A DNA stretch of 48,640 nt from Octopus bimaculoides (taxonomy: Eukaryota), in assembly GCF_001194135.2 (NCBI RefSeq), contig NC_068984.1:125351123-125399762 (forward strand). Reading direction: 5' to 3'. The notes beneath the pieces were generated by a model, which was not told where the DNA came from, searched no databases, and worked only from the letters and a program-made list of their open reading frames with translations. The number at the start of each line of letters is the position of its first letter. Position 1 is the stretch's first letter. Shown in pieces: positions 22,773 through 36,440 of this stretch. The position numbers and the translations under genes are program-made.

Positions 22773-25700
22773 CCATTCAAAATAAACGCCATGTTTTAAA
22801 CTAAATCCCATACCATCCATGGCACAATACTTGAGAAAAAAATGCTTGCAAACGGCAACATTTAATTCACATAAGCTTTTTGTTTTCTGGACATTATTTT
22901 TTTTTTTTTTCATTCTGATTTTCTTCTATTGAGGATTTTCTTTTTGTTTTGTTAATTTTTCAATTATTATTTTTTTTTTGTTTTAAATTTTTATTGATTT
23001 ATAAGATTTTGAAAGAAGTGAAAAACGATAAAAAAAAAAGAGTTCTTATAATATATTTTCTTTTTTTTTTTTTTGGTCAGAATTACATATTTTGATATCC
23101 GACGAGAATTATAATTCTCTTTTATTTCATTTTGCTGTGCGGGTCACCGTGGGTATGACGAAAATTTCTTTGTTACTCTAGTCTGTGGTCCCTGGTTCTA
23201 ATTTTATTGTGGAACACATTTTTAATTCCTGTATAACGCTAATGACTGTGACAATTCCAAGAATGCTATCCTGTCCATTTCTTTCCAATTCTCTTAGCCT
23301 GAAGAAATATAACATATTTAATTACGCACATACACCAATGTGGTGAAGAGACCAAGAGGTAATATATCCACCAGCTAATTTGGTGAAGCAGTTTCGCTCC
23401 CCAATTGAAGCGGTTATTCTTGATTTTTAACTCAAATCCACTCATAAGTCTACAGCTTACCATTCACTTTTCTCCTCATATATACAGTGCCTTTATTTCT
23501 AACTGAAACAATATAAAACCGTAATTTTTTGATCCTCACGTAACATAGAAAGTAATGTGGAATCGAACCGAGGTGATGACTGAGTCCCATTTCTATTTGG
23601 AATGCCAAGCTTCAATTCACTTGTGAAGTCACTGCTTGTCTCATTAAATCAACACTGAAATACTTGATGATCTACAATAAAGATATCAAGTATCTATTCT
23701 TCCTTCTCCCAGTCAATCTAGCTATATAAAAGATGTTGCTTACCATTTCGTCTGCAGTGTGAACAGTAGTCATTGAAATGTGCTGCACACTACTTATAGC
23801 AATGAGAGAAATGCTTCATTCGTAACAACTTCGTTTCCTTGTAAGACGGAAACTAAATTCGACCAAGGTTACAATTCCGAGAAGTATAGGTTCGAACAGT
23901 TTGACTTGTTCTTGAATGTCTAATAAAAGCCAAATCTTTGGATACCCCTAAATGGATAAGGAGATGATTCAACGGTAATCCATACCCATAGCATTTTTTT
24001 TTTTTTTTGCTAGACCTCTTTATCGGAGGATATGGACAACTATATGATTAACGTTGTTGGGGGTTGGCGCTTCATGGTAAGACGTAGGCAGGAAGATAAT
24101 TGTAAAAGAAATAACTGGTTAACTTACCCTTAGTAGAGCCCCAACCCACCAAACGATTTAGGCATCATATATGAAAAAAATTTTAAATCACGTTTATGAC
24201 GACTCTCGTAGCGTAGTACCAAGATCTCTTAAAACTGTGTTAAACAAACCGGTTGTGGTTCGCAGTTTTAAACTGTTCATTTTATAATCATATTGTTAAT
24301 GATATTTGAAATGTCATACCCGTTATAAAAATTCCCTATTTCTCTCCCCTTACACATTTTCAAACTATACATCATTTGTAAAGATTAAGAATGAATTTGT
24401 AACATATTATTTTAAATAAATAAAAAAGATATAAACGTTTTGTTTCTTTCTCAACAAAAATAAAAGAATNNNNNNNNNNNNNNNNNNNNNNNNNNNNNNN
24501 NNNNNNNNNNNNNNNNNNNNNNNNNNNNNNNNNNNNNNNNNNNNNNNNNNNNNNNNNNNNNNNNNNNNNNNNNNNNNNNNNNNNNNNNNNNNNNNNNNNN
24601 NNNNNNNNNNNNNNNNNNNNNNNNNNNNNNNNNNNNNNNNNNNNNNNNNNNNNNNNNNNNNNNNNNNNNNNNNNNNNNNNNNNNNNNNNNNNNNNNNNNN
24701 NNNNNNNNNNNNNNNNNNNNNNNNNNNNNNNNNNNNNNNNNNNNNNNNNNNNNNNNNNNNNNNNNNNNNNNNNNNNNNNNNNNNNNNNNNNNNNNNNNNN
24801 NNNNNNNNNNNNNNNNNNNNNNNNNNNNNNNNNNNNNNNNNNNNNNNNNNNNNNNNNNNNNNNNNNNNNNNNNNNNNNNNNNNNNNNNNNNNNNNNNNNN
24901 NNNNNNNNNNNNNNNNNNNNNNNNNNNNNNNNNNNNNNNNNNNNNNNNNNNNNNNNNNNNNNNNNNNNNNNNNNNNNNNNNNNNNNNNNNNNNNNNNNNN
25001 NNNNNNNNNNNNNNNNNNNNNNNNNNNNNNNNNNNNNNNNNNNNNNNNNNNNNNNNNNNNNNNNNNNNNNNNNNNNNNNNNNNNNNNNNNNNNNNNNNNN
25101 NNNNNNNNNNNNNNNNNNNNNNNNNNNNNNNNNNNNNNNNNNNNNNNNNNNNNNNNNNNNNNNNNNNNNNNNNNNNNNNNNNNNNNNNNNNNNNNNNNNN
25201 NNNNNNNNNNNNNNNNNNNNNNNNNNNNNNNNNNNNNNNNNNNNNNNNNNNNNNNNNNNNNNNNNNNNNNNNNNNNNNNNNNATATATATATATATATAT
25301 ATATACGCACATATGTGCAAAAGTACATGTAGAAGTAAATGTATATGCAGTTGAATATATTTGCATCTATGTATATACTTGCATTCATATGTATATATAT
25401 ATGTTGCGCCAAGTTTGTATGTTTGTATGTTTCTACGTTCGTTGTTTGTGGATTAAATATATTTCCCCATACAAGTTGACTTGACGTTATAATTGGTTTC
25501 AGAAAGGAAATGACCACGTCAAGCAATCTGTTTATTTCAAATGAACTTTAAGCTAAATAATATAATTAATAAATAATTAATAATTAAAATTATTGCATTT
25601 TGTCTTTTATATATGACTTCCATATATTTCGTTCTTATATATTAAGCTAGTAACTTCAAGAGGAGAATCAGATTCGAAATTCAAAATGTTGAAACATTTT

Positions 25701-26082
25701 ACAATAAATTTTATTATTACAAGAAAAATTGTAATTTACAGAAGAGATCTAAAGTGTGAGGTCATGTGACTTGTGGCGTAAATATAACATATTCCTGGTG
25801 GCCATTTGTTTATTTCATGGCTTATCAGTTTATCTGTTTATCTTCGTATAAGTACATGCATTCGCTCATGAATTTGTATGTATACACATACAGACATATA
25901 CATACACAAACATAGACATATATACACAAGTATATATACACTCACACACATATACATGTGCACATAAAAATATATACATATTTAGATGCATATATATACA
26001 TATATACACACATACACTCACATTTATTATACATAATATTACACATATATTTATATATATAATATTATATACGTTATGATAG

Positions 26083-26121
<39 letters not shown>

Positions 26122-26181
26122 NNNNNNNNNNNNNNNNNNNNNNNNNNNNNNNNNNNNNNNNNNNNNNNNNNNNNNNNNNNN

Positions 26182-26277
<96 letters not shown>

Positions 26278-27082
26278 AGGTGTGTTTCTGTGTGTATGTG
26301 CGCGCCCACGTTTTTGTGCATTTATTGTTTCGAAATATATGTCAAACGATTATATCCCATCTGGCTGATACCAAATTTACGACAATGAAACATTTGAAAG
26401 GGCAGAAGAAAACGAGAAAAGACCCTATCCTGCATAGAATATAATTAGATAAACTCTTGAAAAGCAACGGTAATTTGTACAATATATTTTATGTTCCTAC
26501 CGAGAAAGTTGCAAAATCCTTGCAGAAATACCTTAAACAGTTTTAAACATTTACTGATATTTCTTCAATTCACTGAATGGTCGTTCTTGTAGACAGACTG
26601 ATTGATAAAAATAAAAATTTCTAATCAGAATCAACAATATATTTCACTGCCAATAACATACTATTGATCAGAAAAAAAGCTTCATCGTTTCGGCAACACG
26701 TTTTGAATCTATTGGCTAACATAAATGTTTCCTTAATTTTCACTGCTTTTTCTGACAAAAAAATGACGTTAGTTTTCCAAAACAAGCATTCAATCGCTCG
26801 ACTTGTATTTTTTGCCTGCTCATTAAACTTGTTAAAATTTGCACTATGGCTGGTTTAATAAAACCATCTGACATGTGTCAGCTTTTATATAACAACATTT
26901 TCTCGATTAAGACGTCCTCTTGAGCCGAAATATCTTGAAAATTTCAAGGTCGACATCTACATTCCTCTATTTCCCGTTCATTGACATCGTATTTGTTACT
27001 CGTTTCACTCATTGGACAGCAGTCATACTACAGCACCGTCTCGATAAATATTAATCAAACAAAACGACCACAGTACATATTT

Positions 27083-27380
27083 TGGTACTTATTCCACCGG
27101 CTTCTTTTAGACGAACCGCTAAGCTACGGGGGATCAAACCAACCAACACCGACTGTCAAGTGGTGAGGTGGTTATACACAGACACAAATACAGAGACACA
27201 CACATACGTATATATGACAACGGGCTTCCGCACAGTTTTCGTGAACCAAATTGACTCACAAGCCTTTGGTCGGAAAGAAGATATAGTAAAATACAGTTGC
27301 CCAAGTTGCAGTACTATGGAAGTGAAGGCAAAGCCACGTAGTTGAGAGGTGAGCTTCTGAACCATAGTCATACTTGCGTG
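27083..27380 (-). mobile_element. Adjacent degenerate SINE fragments
   Basis: 27210-27380 is the reverse of a CORE-like SINE (cttgggcaactgtattttactata...ccgaccaaaggcttgtgagt...gaaaactgtgcggaagcccg). 27083-27170 matches the family seen at 1838. Confidence 0.55.
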
Positions 27381-27841
27381 CATAATTTTTCTTCGCATTT
27401 TATTTCTAAATTTGAGTATTGTTGTACGTGCAAATATCTAGTGCATCTGTACCAGATATTCATATGTCTGGTATGCTGTTATTGCAAGAGATATTAGGAG
27501 ATTGCATGATATATCTATTTGGTAGAACTGTAGCCTTTAAATGCCTTTAAATCACCGAATCTGACGGTGTATCACATCGTGGCGTATATATTATTATTTA
27601 TTTTAATGAGGGGATTAGTCTCAAATGCCCTATGTATATCTACTGTATATCCTTCCATTATACAGATTTGAAAAATCACACAAGCACACACACAATAATA
27701 TTCGTTAATAATTATTTTGTGATGGTCTATGTATATCACGTTAAATAAAAATGGAACAAAATGGATCACATGGTCTATTATTATTGATACAATGATTTCA
27801 AACTTAAATTTCTAATCCCGACAATGTCAAAAAAAAAAAAT

Positions 27842-29053
27842 TATTATGTTGTCAAGAAAGTTCTTGCGATTTTTAACCTTTACATTCAGATGCACATATC
27901 TCGGCTCAAACAAAACTTTATCAATCGAAATAAACACCATCAGAATCAACACACTTTTGCCAATGCAAACAAGTTTATTTATGACAGTAGCGTAAAAACC
28001 CTACGTTCTGGTGGCGATGAAGACGTTGAAGGCGTTTTTGCCATCGTCTTGTTTTTTGAAGCATTTCTCACGCACGAAGTTGCCGAGGTGCTTGAAAAAG
28101 TAGTAGTCGGTAGGCGACAGGTCTGGTGAGTATGGCGGATGAGGCAGAGTTTTGTAGCCCAATTCGTTCAACTTCTGCAGGGTCAGTTGTGCGACGTGCG
28201 GCCGAGCGTTGTCGTNNNNNNNNNNNNNNNNNNNNNNNNNNNNNNNNNNNNNNNNNNNNNNNNNNNNNNNNNNNNNNNNNNNNNNNNNNNNNNNNNNNNN
28301 NNNNNNNNNNNNNNNNNNNNNNNNNNNNNNNNNNNNNNNNNNNNNNNNNNNNNNNNNNNNNNNNNNNNNNNNNNNNNNNNNNNNNNNNNNNNNNNNNNNN
28401 NNNNNNNNNNNNNNNNNNNNNNNNNNNNNNNNNNNNNNNNNNNNNNNNNNNNNNNNNNNNNNNNNNNNNNNNNNNNNNNNNNNNNNNNNNNNNNNNNNNN
28501 NNNNNNNNNNNNNNNNNNNNNNNNNNNNNNNNNNNNNNNNNNNNNNNNNNNNNNNNNNNNNNNNNNNNNNNNNNNNNNNNNNNNNNNNNNNNNNNNNNNN
28601 NNNNNNNNNNNNNNNNNNNNNNNNNNNNNNNNNNNNNNNNNNNNNNAAGACGACACTTCAAAACGGCGTTTTTTATTTTTCTTTTTGGTTATCGTTCAAT
28701 TCGTGCGGCATCCATTTCTCAAGTATTTTTGCTTTTCCAATCTCTTTCAACTGGTTGGAAATTGTCGTATATGTTACGTTTAATTCAGAAGCAAGATCTC
28801 GAAAAGTTGTGCATGGATTGGCTTCGACTAAGGCTCTTAGCTGATCGTTGTCAACATCCGATGGCCGACCACTACGCTTATCATCTTCAAGACTCTCGCC
28901 ACCGTTGCGAAATTTCTTGAACCACCATTCTACTGTACGTTCATTTGTGGTTCCTGGGCCAAACGCATCGTTGATATCGTGAGCTGTTTCAGCAACTTTT
29001 CGGCCTAGCTTGAACTGGAATAAGAAGATTGTGCGAATTTGCTTTTTGTCCAT
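27842..29053 (-). mobile_element. Decayed mariner transposon (D,D34D), interrupted by an assembly gap
   Basis: N-terminus MDKKQIRTIFLFQFKLG...RTVEWWFKKFR...EDDKRSGRP...KWMPHEL from 29053. C-terminus DNARPH...HPPYSPDLSPTDY has exactly 34 residues between the two Asp. In-frame stop and frameshifts are present; a TIR-like end tattatgttgtcaagaaagttcttgcgattttt lies at about 27842. Confidence 0.92.
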
Positions 29054-29607
29054 GTTTTATTCAGCGTTCCGGAAAAATGGCCTAATTATTTACAAAGAAA
29101 AAAAGTAACACGATTAAATAGAGCAAAAAACGTGCTTTAAAGTGATATATAAAGTCAAAGTAATTTAACGAAAATTAATTTGAAAATACATCATTTAAAA
29201 CCAAAATTTAAAATATCTTCTGTACAATAAGCCTCCACAAATGGATCACATATATTTTTATTTATACAATTGATAAGACATCTGATTAGGAAATAAATAT
29301 TTAAAATTAAGTGATGTCTGTATACATACATATGTATATGCCTTCACACAATCCTCAGACTGTGCCCATATAGCATAACAAGCTACAAACAGAACGATAA
29401 AATGAAAGGAAAAAAACGAGAAAAGACGAGAATGAAGAAGACGTAAAAGGTGGAAGGCTGAAAAACCGGAAATGAAAAAGAAAACTGAAAAAGCAAGACG
29501 GGAGCATTAGAGTTATGTCCCCTTTGACCGTAAAGTCATAATGCTGGAAGAATAGTGGCCTAGAATCTGTAGTACAGCTACTCAAATTGGAGAGGTTGGT
29601 ACTTTCC

Positions 29608-30620
29608 AATTTGCCAAAAATAACTTATCTATATGTTTACAACCACTTAAAATTTCAGAACTGGAATCCAACAGTGTGGTAGAGTTCTTAGATCCGAAAA
29701 GGATCTGTGTTCTTTCAAATCTGCATGGCTTACATTTTTTTATCCGTTGGAATATGGTGTGGACTTTTTACTTTATTGTATGTGGTGTGACGTTCGACTT
29801 CAAACCTCATACGTGGCTAGCCAACCAAGTGACTTTACTTTTGTCCCTGTGTCGGAAGGAAGATATATGGTTGGCATGGTTATATTTGAAGTTGCCTTCA
29901 CATAGCCCGATGTAGCTCTTCTTTTCGGTTATATCATCTAGTGTTGCTGTAACTTCTGCCTCATATATGACGGCTTTAATCACGCATTCCTGGTCGAGTG
30001 GACAAGTTCCCGCGTCTCGACAGTTACAACTGGGAGTAGGCTCTTGGTGGTGTTTGCGTGTAATGATGCTTTGCATATTGGGGCAGTATCTATATGATAA
30101 TTTAACTAAGTACCAGTTGAATATTTTTCTATACCTGTGGTTTTCTGGAAAATGATTGTATAAGAGAGACAGGAAACTTTACCTATGTTAGCTTTAACTG
30201 TAAGGGAAGGGGTGGCGAACCAAATTATTCTTCTAAGTCTATTTTTATTATTCCTATTATTTGAGGGTTATATATTAATTCATCCTTAAAGCCGCTATTA
30301 GCTACGGCTTTGTTGTAGCAGAGGGCTGGCATCTCAAAAATTTCTTTAGAGGAAGAGATGTTAGATACTCTGTTACTAATGTCAGCTATAAGGTTTTTTA
30401 AATAAGTACCACTTAAACACAATGGCTGATGTAATCGACTTATCCCCCACGACCGAAATTGCTGGCCTTGTGTCAGCAATTTGAAATCAATATTTTGCTC
30501 GTAGCCTGCTGAAAATGCCTTCGCAAGTCGGAACTGGCTTCCAAGCTATCGGTTGCCTACACTTGTGCTGGATAATATTTTCGTGCTGGTTTGTTGGGAT
30601 TTAACGTTTAGGAATGTGCT
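29608..30620 (-). mobile_element. Decayed Penelope-like retroelement (RT C-terminal region, linker, GIY-YIG endonuclease)
   Basis: YLKNLIADISNRVSNISSSKEIF...SGFKDELIY; RRIIWF...NHFPENHRYRKIFN...KLSYRYCPNMQSII; CNCRDAGTCPL..CVIKAVIYEA...YIGLCEGNFK...HISSF...LASHV*GLK...CKH. Stops and frameshifts are present. Confidence 0.82.
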
Positions 30621-33118
30621 CAACCTTTACTGCAGCGTGGGTGAGACTTCTAAAATTTTGTTGTTGAGAAGTTACTGTTTTATTCTCTCCTCCAAAATGT
30701 TTTCATTTTACAGCAGAAAGTAAATCATGATGAAACAAAACAACAAGAAAATCCTACAAAAATCACATTTACAAAGTGCGATATTTTAACCGTTATACAA
30801 TCTGATACCTTGACAGAAAGAAATGCAATAAAATAAAATGCTTTCCAGTATAAAAGAGAAAAAAACGACGAAAGAAAGAAAATAATTGTATCAGTTTTTA
30901 TTTTTCCACAAACAAATCTTTATTTATTTTTCTCCCGGTTTCAGAATCAACTTGCAACTAATCTTGACAAACTGAACTGCTGTCAGCGGAGTGTAAAACT
31001 GGCAACAGCTTGTTGTAGAATTTTCTAGACAACAACCCCACTTTTTCAATAATAGTCAAACTTTCTCTAGACATAAACGGATCTGATTTATAGACAAGCT
31101 ATCGGTTGCACTTTAATGACAACCACACCTAATTATATCGACTGGTTTTGTTTATATTTATTTTAGTTTTGATTTTTTCAATGTTATCTTGTTTGATATG
31201 TTTTCTAAATTTCATTTTAACATCAATATACATGAAAATCATTTCAAGGCAACTCGTGTACTTGTAAGCATCAATTCAATACGCGCATGCCCAGACTTTC
31301 CAGATTCAATAATGGGGTTTCGTAATCTGGGATAGTTGACGGTTTTTTTTAATATATTTATTTCTTTATTTAAGTAATTTTATTAGTTCAGGATAAATCG
31401 CTTTAATGGCACGTAAAATATTTACAGTTCAGAGAGAAAACTTTAGTTTCCATTCTCCCTTGTTACATGTAAATAACCTCCAGCACCGTTTCTTGTAGTG
31501 ACTGAATAATTAATATCATCTGGAAATAAGATTTAAAACAAATGTTTATATGTCTTACAGTATTTGAGGGTACAGATTTAGAGGGGAAAGCTAGATTAGA
31601 TGCCTTGATTTCACTGCAATTTTGAACAACATAAGTGACATATTGATCAGAACCTGAAATCAGATCGGATGTAAGGTTCGTTCTGTGCTAAAATTTACTC
31701 TTGTATAAGTTATACAGTGACTAAACGAAAAAATAAACAGAAAATGTTAGAAGATATGCGGGTAATTTAACCAGGTACATTTTCTCTAGTTATTTGGTGC
31801 ATGAATGAATTAAAGTAAAATTGCTAAATTTCTACGCAGTTGTATAGTAGAATCGATAGAGCGCCAAATAAAATTCCCTTTGAAAATTAATTATGACCAT
31901 TTACGTTTTTGAGTTAAATATTCTCCAAGTCTACTTTACTTTTAAGCGAATTGAATGAAATAAGCGTCTTATGTGGAAGAAAATACCCTGTGGTATTTGA
32001 TTACACCCTTTTTATGCTTTGAGTTCAAATCCCGCCCTTACCTACTTTATCTTATGTCCTTCCGAAATCGATAAAACAAACCATCGATGTTAACAAATAT
32101 ACAGGGGTTGATCTAAATTAATAAATACAATTTGTTTCATTAGCTCAACTGAGATGTTATGAAATCATAAACTAATGTTGGCGTAGAAAACAGTTAAGAA
32201 TTGTATCGTCCATTATAAGCTCAGTAATATTACAACAATGATGTATTATTAAAGTTGTAGCTCCACTGGACTAGCGCCTTGCACATACCTAATATCTACC
32301 ACGAGAGAAAATGAAGATAATGAAGCACGAGAAAATGAAGTACGAGAGAAAATGAAGATAACTTTGCTAGTGCGAAGCATCAACTGTATTAAACAGACAA
32401 GAGACAAACTTAATCACAAGAATTCACGGATATTATGGTTCCTTTGTGTTTAAAATACGAAATATAATATATATAGTACGTTGATGAGTGGTGTAATGCA
32501 GGAGATAATTATTCAAATATCAAATCATTTGTTTTAGCTAAATATGTTTTTGAAATAATACTGATATGTATTATTTAGTCCTCGTAATTTTTCAACAGGT
32601 ATTTTAGATAGCTTGAAAAGAGGATCGGGCCGACGAGTTTCGTCGTTCTTATGATCCACCAGAAATCCTGTAGCCTCTCGCTTCAGATCTACCAAATGAT
32701 AATATTGGAATCTCGTTTGTCCTAGATAAAGCTCATGAGATAGCAACTAACTTAGAGCTTGTATTTGATTGGACATAAAGTGATATGTCGATTGGATTCA
32801 CGGTAGTTTATAATTCTTACTTACCGGTGTAATATGGAGGATCTGAAAAATAATACACTCTCATAATGATTTTAAGCATAGAATATCAACCTCATATTCA
32901 TTATCCGGCAATCTCCATTCTTTTACTGAAATAAATTTTGAAGGGAATATTTCTTTTTAAATAGAAAGTAATTTGCTTCTAATTAATGAGTTTTGAATAG
33001 CAAGATTTATTATCCCGCCGAATTAAATGGCTCTCCCATATGTTGTATACTTTGTTTTAATTTATTACATAACAAAAAAATATCTGATAGCTAAATAAAT
33101 TTATTGGGAATTCATATG

Positions 33119-34128
33119 TTAGTTCAGATTAATTGTAGATAGAGTTTCCAAAGATGATGCTTTTGACTGCTTCCGGATCATATATTCCATCGTTTGCATT
33201 CTCACAGCTTCTGTAGAGTTTTTCGTTGGTTGAAATATGATGATTCTCAGTTTGGGAATCAACATGAACACCAGCACAACTAGAGTATGAAGCTGGGCAG
33301 CTATACATATATAAGAAGAACATACGCCGTGGTTGGGTTCGTTAGCAACACCTACTGACACCAAAACCCATATTAGGAACAGTATAAATAATGTGAAATT
33401 AATTTGTCTTGCTTCGTTAAAGTTTTCCGGGAGTTTCCGTACGCGATACGCTTTGTAAATACTGCCAAGTATAAGAATTGTAAACCAAACGAAAGCTACG
33501 GCGTGTTGGTGGTACCAAGCTAGAGAACATCCAAGTGATACAGATGTGTCTTGAACAGTATAGAAATCCACGGTTGGTTGATGAAAATATGTTGATGCTG
33601 CTAATGAACCACAAATAATTAATTCGATTACCAAAAAGCATAATATCTGCAATCGATCTCGTTTACGTTTTTCTAAATGAAGATTATCAATTGTGGTCGG
33701 TTTAGCGTTGAAGATGCAAAGTATTCGATCCGTTTTAAAATATATAACTAGCACGGATGAAGACATAACAAAGGATAAATAATTTGGTTGCAACATACAG
33801 CGTGTATGAGTTGGCCGACCAATATAGACATATGGGGAAAATATAGAAAGGATCAAAGATACGAATAAGACATATGTCAGCTCCCGATTAGATCCTTTAA
33901 CAATGTGACTGTGGCGGTATTTCACAAAGAATGATAATACTATTAATGTGAACAGGAGACAGCTGCTTGAGAAAAGAAGACTGCCGACAGCGAAATGTCC
34001 GTTCCAAGAAAGGAAATCTTGCGGAAGCTCTTCACAGGACGTGTAATTCTTGTTACTTCCCCATCCTGTTCCGAAACGTTCTGTACAGTTCAGACAAGAC
34101 GCCATATTGTAGGCATTTGTAAATTGCC
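33119..34128 (-). CDS. Class C GPCR exon 8 (end of CRD, 7TM domain, C-tail)
   Basis: cttag|GG acceptor. Class C 7TM motifs VKGSNRELTY, KTDRILCIF, RKLPENFNEARQINF and PKLRIIIFQPTKNS; TAA stop at 33119. Confidence 0.96.
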
Positions 34129-34210
34129 CTAAGTAAAGAGGAAAAAAAACAGTATTGAAAGTATTATTTGGCTCTGGTTAATTTTCATCAGAAATAACGA
34201 ACGAAGCAGA

Positions 34211-34266
<56 letters not shown>

Positions 34267-34868
34267 CATAGATCAGGATTCATGTGAATCAGGCACTTAA
34301 ATGGTAAGGCACCGGGTCGGGTCGACAAGTAAAATGTGTACACAACAAAAATAGAGGAATACTTATGCAGGTACCGAAGTATAGGCAGAAAGATATTCAG
34401 GTTATGTATACGATTAACTGTACCCGACTGATTATATCAATAGACCTGAGGCTAAACAAGAAACGTTCATTGTAATAAATGTATGGTCCATAATATACTT
34501 CGGATCTACGCGAGGAGCAGATTCCAAGACTGGTGAATAATTAATGAATAAATAGCAACAAATGGATAATATTTCAATTTACTGCGGCTGTTTCCAACGA
34601 ATTTTCAATTGATTAATGGAAACATTACAGCATTAGAATAAACCGTTTCCATCAGGTGAATACATGAAACACAGCATTCAAAAACATTCAAAAACTAACG
34701 GGATTTGCATCTTCATGACTTTATGATCCTAGGTCACGGAATCATCACGGAATCATCCCAGTTGCGTACTGGGATGTATCTAATCGACAAGCCCCCTCCC
34801 TCAAAATTCTAGGCCTTGTGCCTAGAGTAGAAAAGAATTTTCAAAGAGATGAAATGGGCGAACAGTAC

Positions 34869-34985
34869 CTTTACCACAGGGGACGCATGTCCAGCATTCC
34901 TTGTCCGATGCTAAAGCTAAGCGTGTCCCAGGTGGGCAGGGCTGGTCACAACGAGATATCACTACATCAGCTTCACCTTTCCATA
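34869..34985 (-). CDS. Class C GPCR exon 7 (cysteine-rich domain)
   Basis: ttttgtag| acceptor; (V)WKGEADVVISRCDQPCPPGTRLALASDKECWTCVPCGK(G); donor |gtactg, with an alternative in-frame donor |gtaaag 6 nt upstream. Confidence 0.9.
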
Positions 34986-35274
34986 CTACAAAATGAAGAA
35001 AATCCTTAAATTAATGGATATTATACGTGTACATGCACACACACAAATACATATGTATTCATACACACACACACACACACACACGTGTGTATATGTGGAT
35101 ACGGTAAACTCACACGCACACATATATAAATATATATACTAGCTTACCTGTGTCATAAAAAATGACAAGGTTTTCAAAGAAATAATCTTAAACTATCTGA
35201 TAAAGACATCGACATGACATACATTGCATGTATTTCATATGGACTTATATAGGAAGTAGAAGAAAAACAAGAGG

Positions 35275-35356
<82 letters not shown>

Positions 35357-35853
35357 GTGTGTGTGTGTGTTTACGTGTGTGTGTGTATGTTTACGCGTGT
35401 GTGTGTGTTTACGCGTTGTGTGTGTTTACGCGTGTGTGTTTACGTATGTGTGTGTGTGTGCGCGCCTTTTCTCATATTTTCTCCTATTCTATCGTCCCCT
35501 TTTAGCTTGAAACATACCATGTGACCACAAACTTAGGATTACATGAAGGCACCAGACGTGTTATAAAATGGAGTCGTTTTCGTCGCATGAAACCCTTAGC
35601 AGCTCATAAAAATAAATATCTAGAGATATGGAGATAATATGGAGATAGCCATCACACAGTAATTGCGAACAGTTAGTTCCCCATGAGAAGATGAGATAAT
35701 TTCACGAACAAAAATCACTCCAAATGTCACCTGCCTTAAAAAAACGCGCTTATTGTGGACACGCATTTCTCCCACATTTAGTATCATCAGCACGACAGTA
35801 ACTTAGAGTGGCCTCTGTATATACAAACGCACACACATTTATATATATATAAA

Positions 35854-36110
35854 TACAAAGTTGGCCAAAAGTCACTCGACAGTAAATTAAAATTCCATAA
35901 ATACTTAATAATCAATTTTATTTATTCATTCCAATTATGAATGTTTAATAATTGAATGCTTTGAGTTAAAATCACCGTTTTTTTTTGTTTTTTTTTTTTC
36001 AAACATTTGTCTATTTATTAGCGAAGTCTCATATAAAATAATTTTTTTTCTTTAATCTTGGAATTAAATGGTCTTGATTTACTGTCATGTAAGTTTTGGC
36101 CAACCCTATA
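35854..36110. mobile_element. Tc1/mariner-type MITE
   Basis: Imperfect TIRs of about 30 bp: ta-caaagttggccaaaagtcactcgacagtaaat versus (reverse complement) ta-tagggttggccaaaacttacatgacagtaaat, with TA flanks. Confidence 0.65.
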
Positions 36111-36440
36111 NNNNNNNNNNTATATATATATATATATATACAAACTTTGGAAGCGTCGAATGTGGTTGGTATTTTACAGACAAGAAAGTAAATTTCGAAC
36201 GCAGTAAGGCTGTAAGACAACAGTGAAAGACCGAGTATTTTTCGTGATAAGACGTAAGAAAGTTGCCAACAAGTGACTGCAGGATGGCACTGTTTCGACT
36301 GCTGGCAACTTTTTGCGTCTTATAAGGGTATATATATATATATATAAGTAGGCAGGCGTGTGTGTGTGTGTGTATGTATGTGTGCATGAGAGAAAGAGGA
36401 TAAATTTAGAACTGTATTTATATTTTACGAAATTTCTTAC

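Noticed and set aside
23738-23800. Possible minus-strand exon with a gtaagc donor downstream of the GATA gene
   Set aside because: An isolated splice-like signal with an unrecognisable peptide and no partner exons.
30542-31109. Exact 15-bp repeat caagctatcggttgc at 30542 and 31095 as a Penelope pseudo-LTR remnant
   Set aside because: The flanks do not extend the match, and it is too short to support the claim.
32534-32746. 70-aa minus-strand ORF downstream of the GPCR stop
   Set aside because: No ATG start, no recognisable motif and no splice pattern linking it to either gene.
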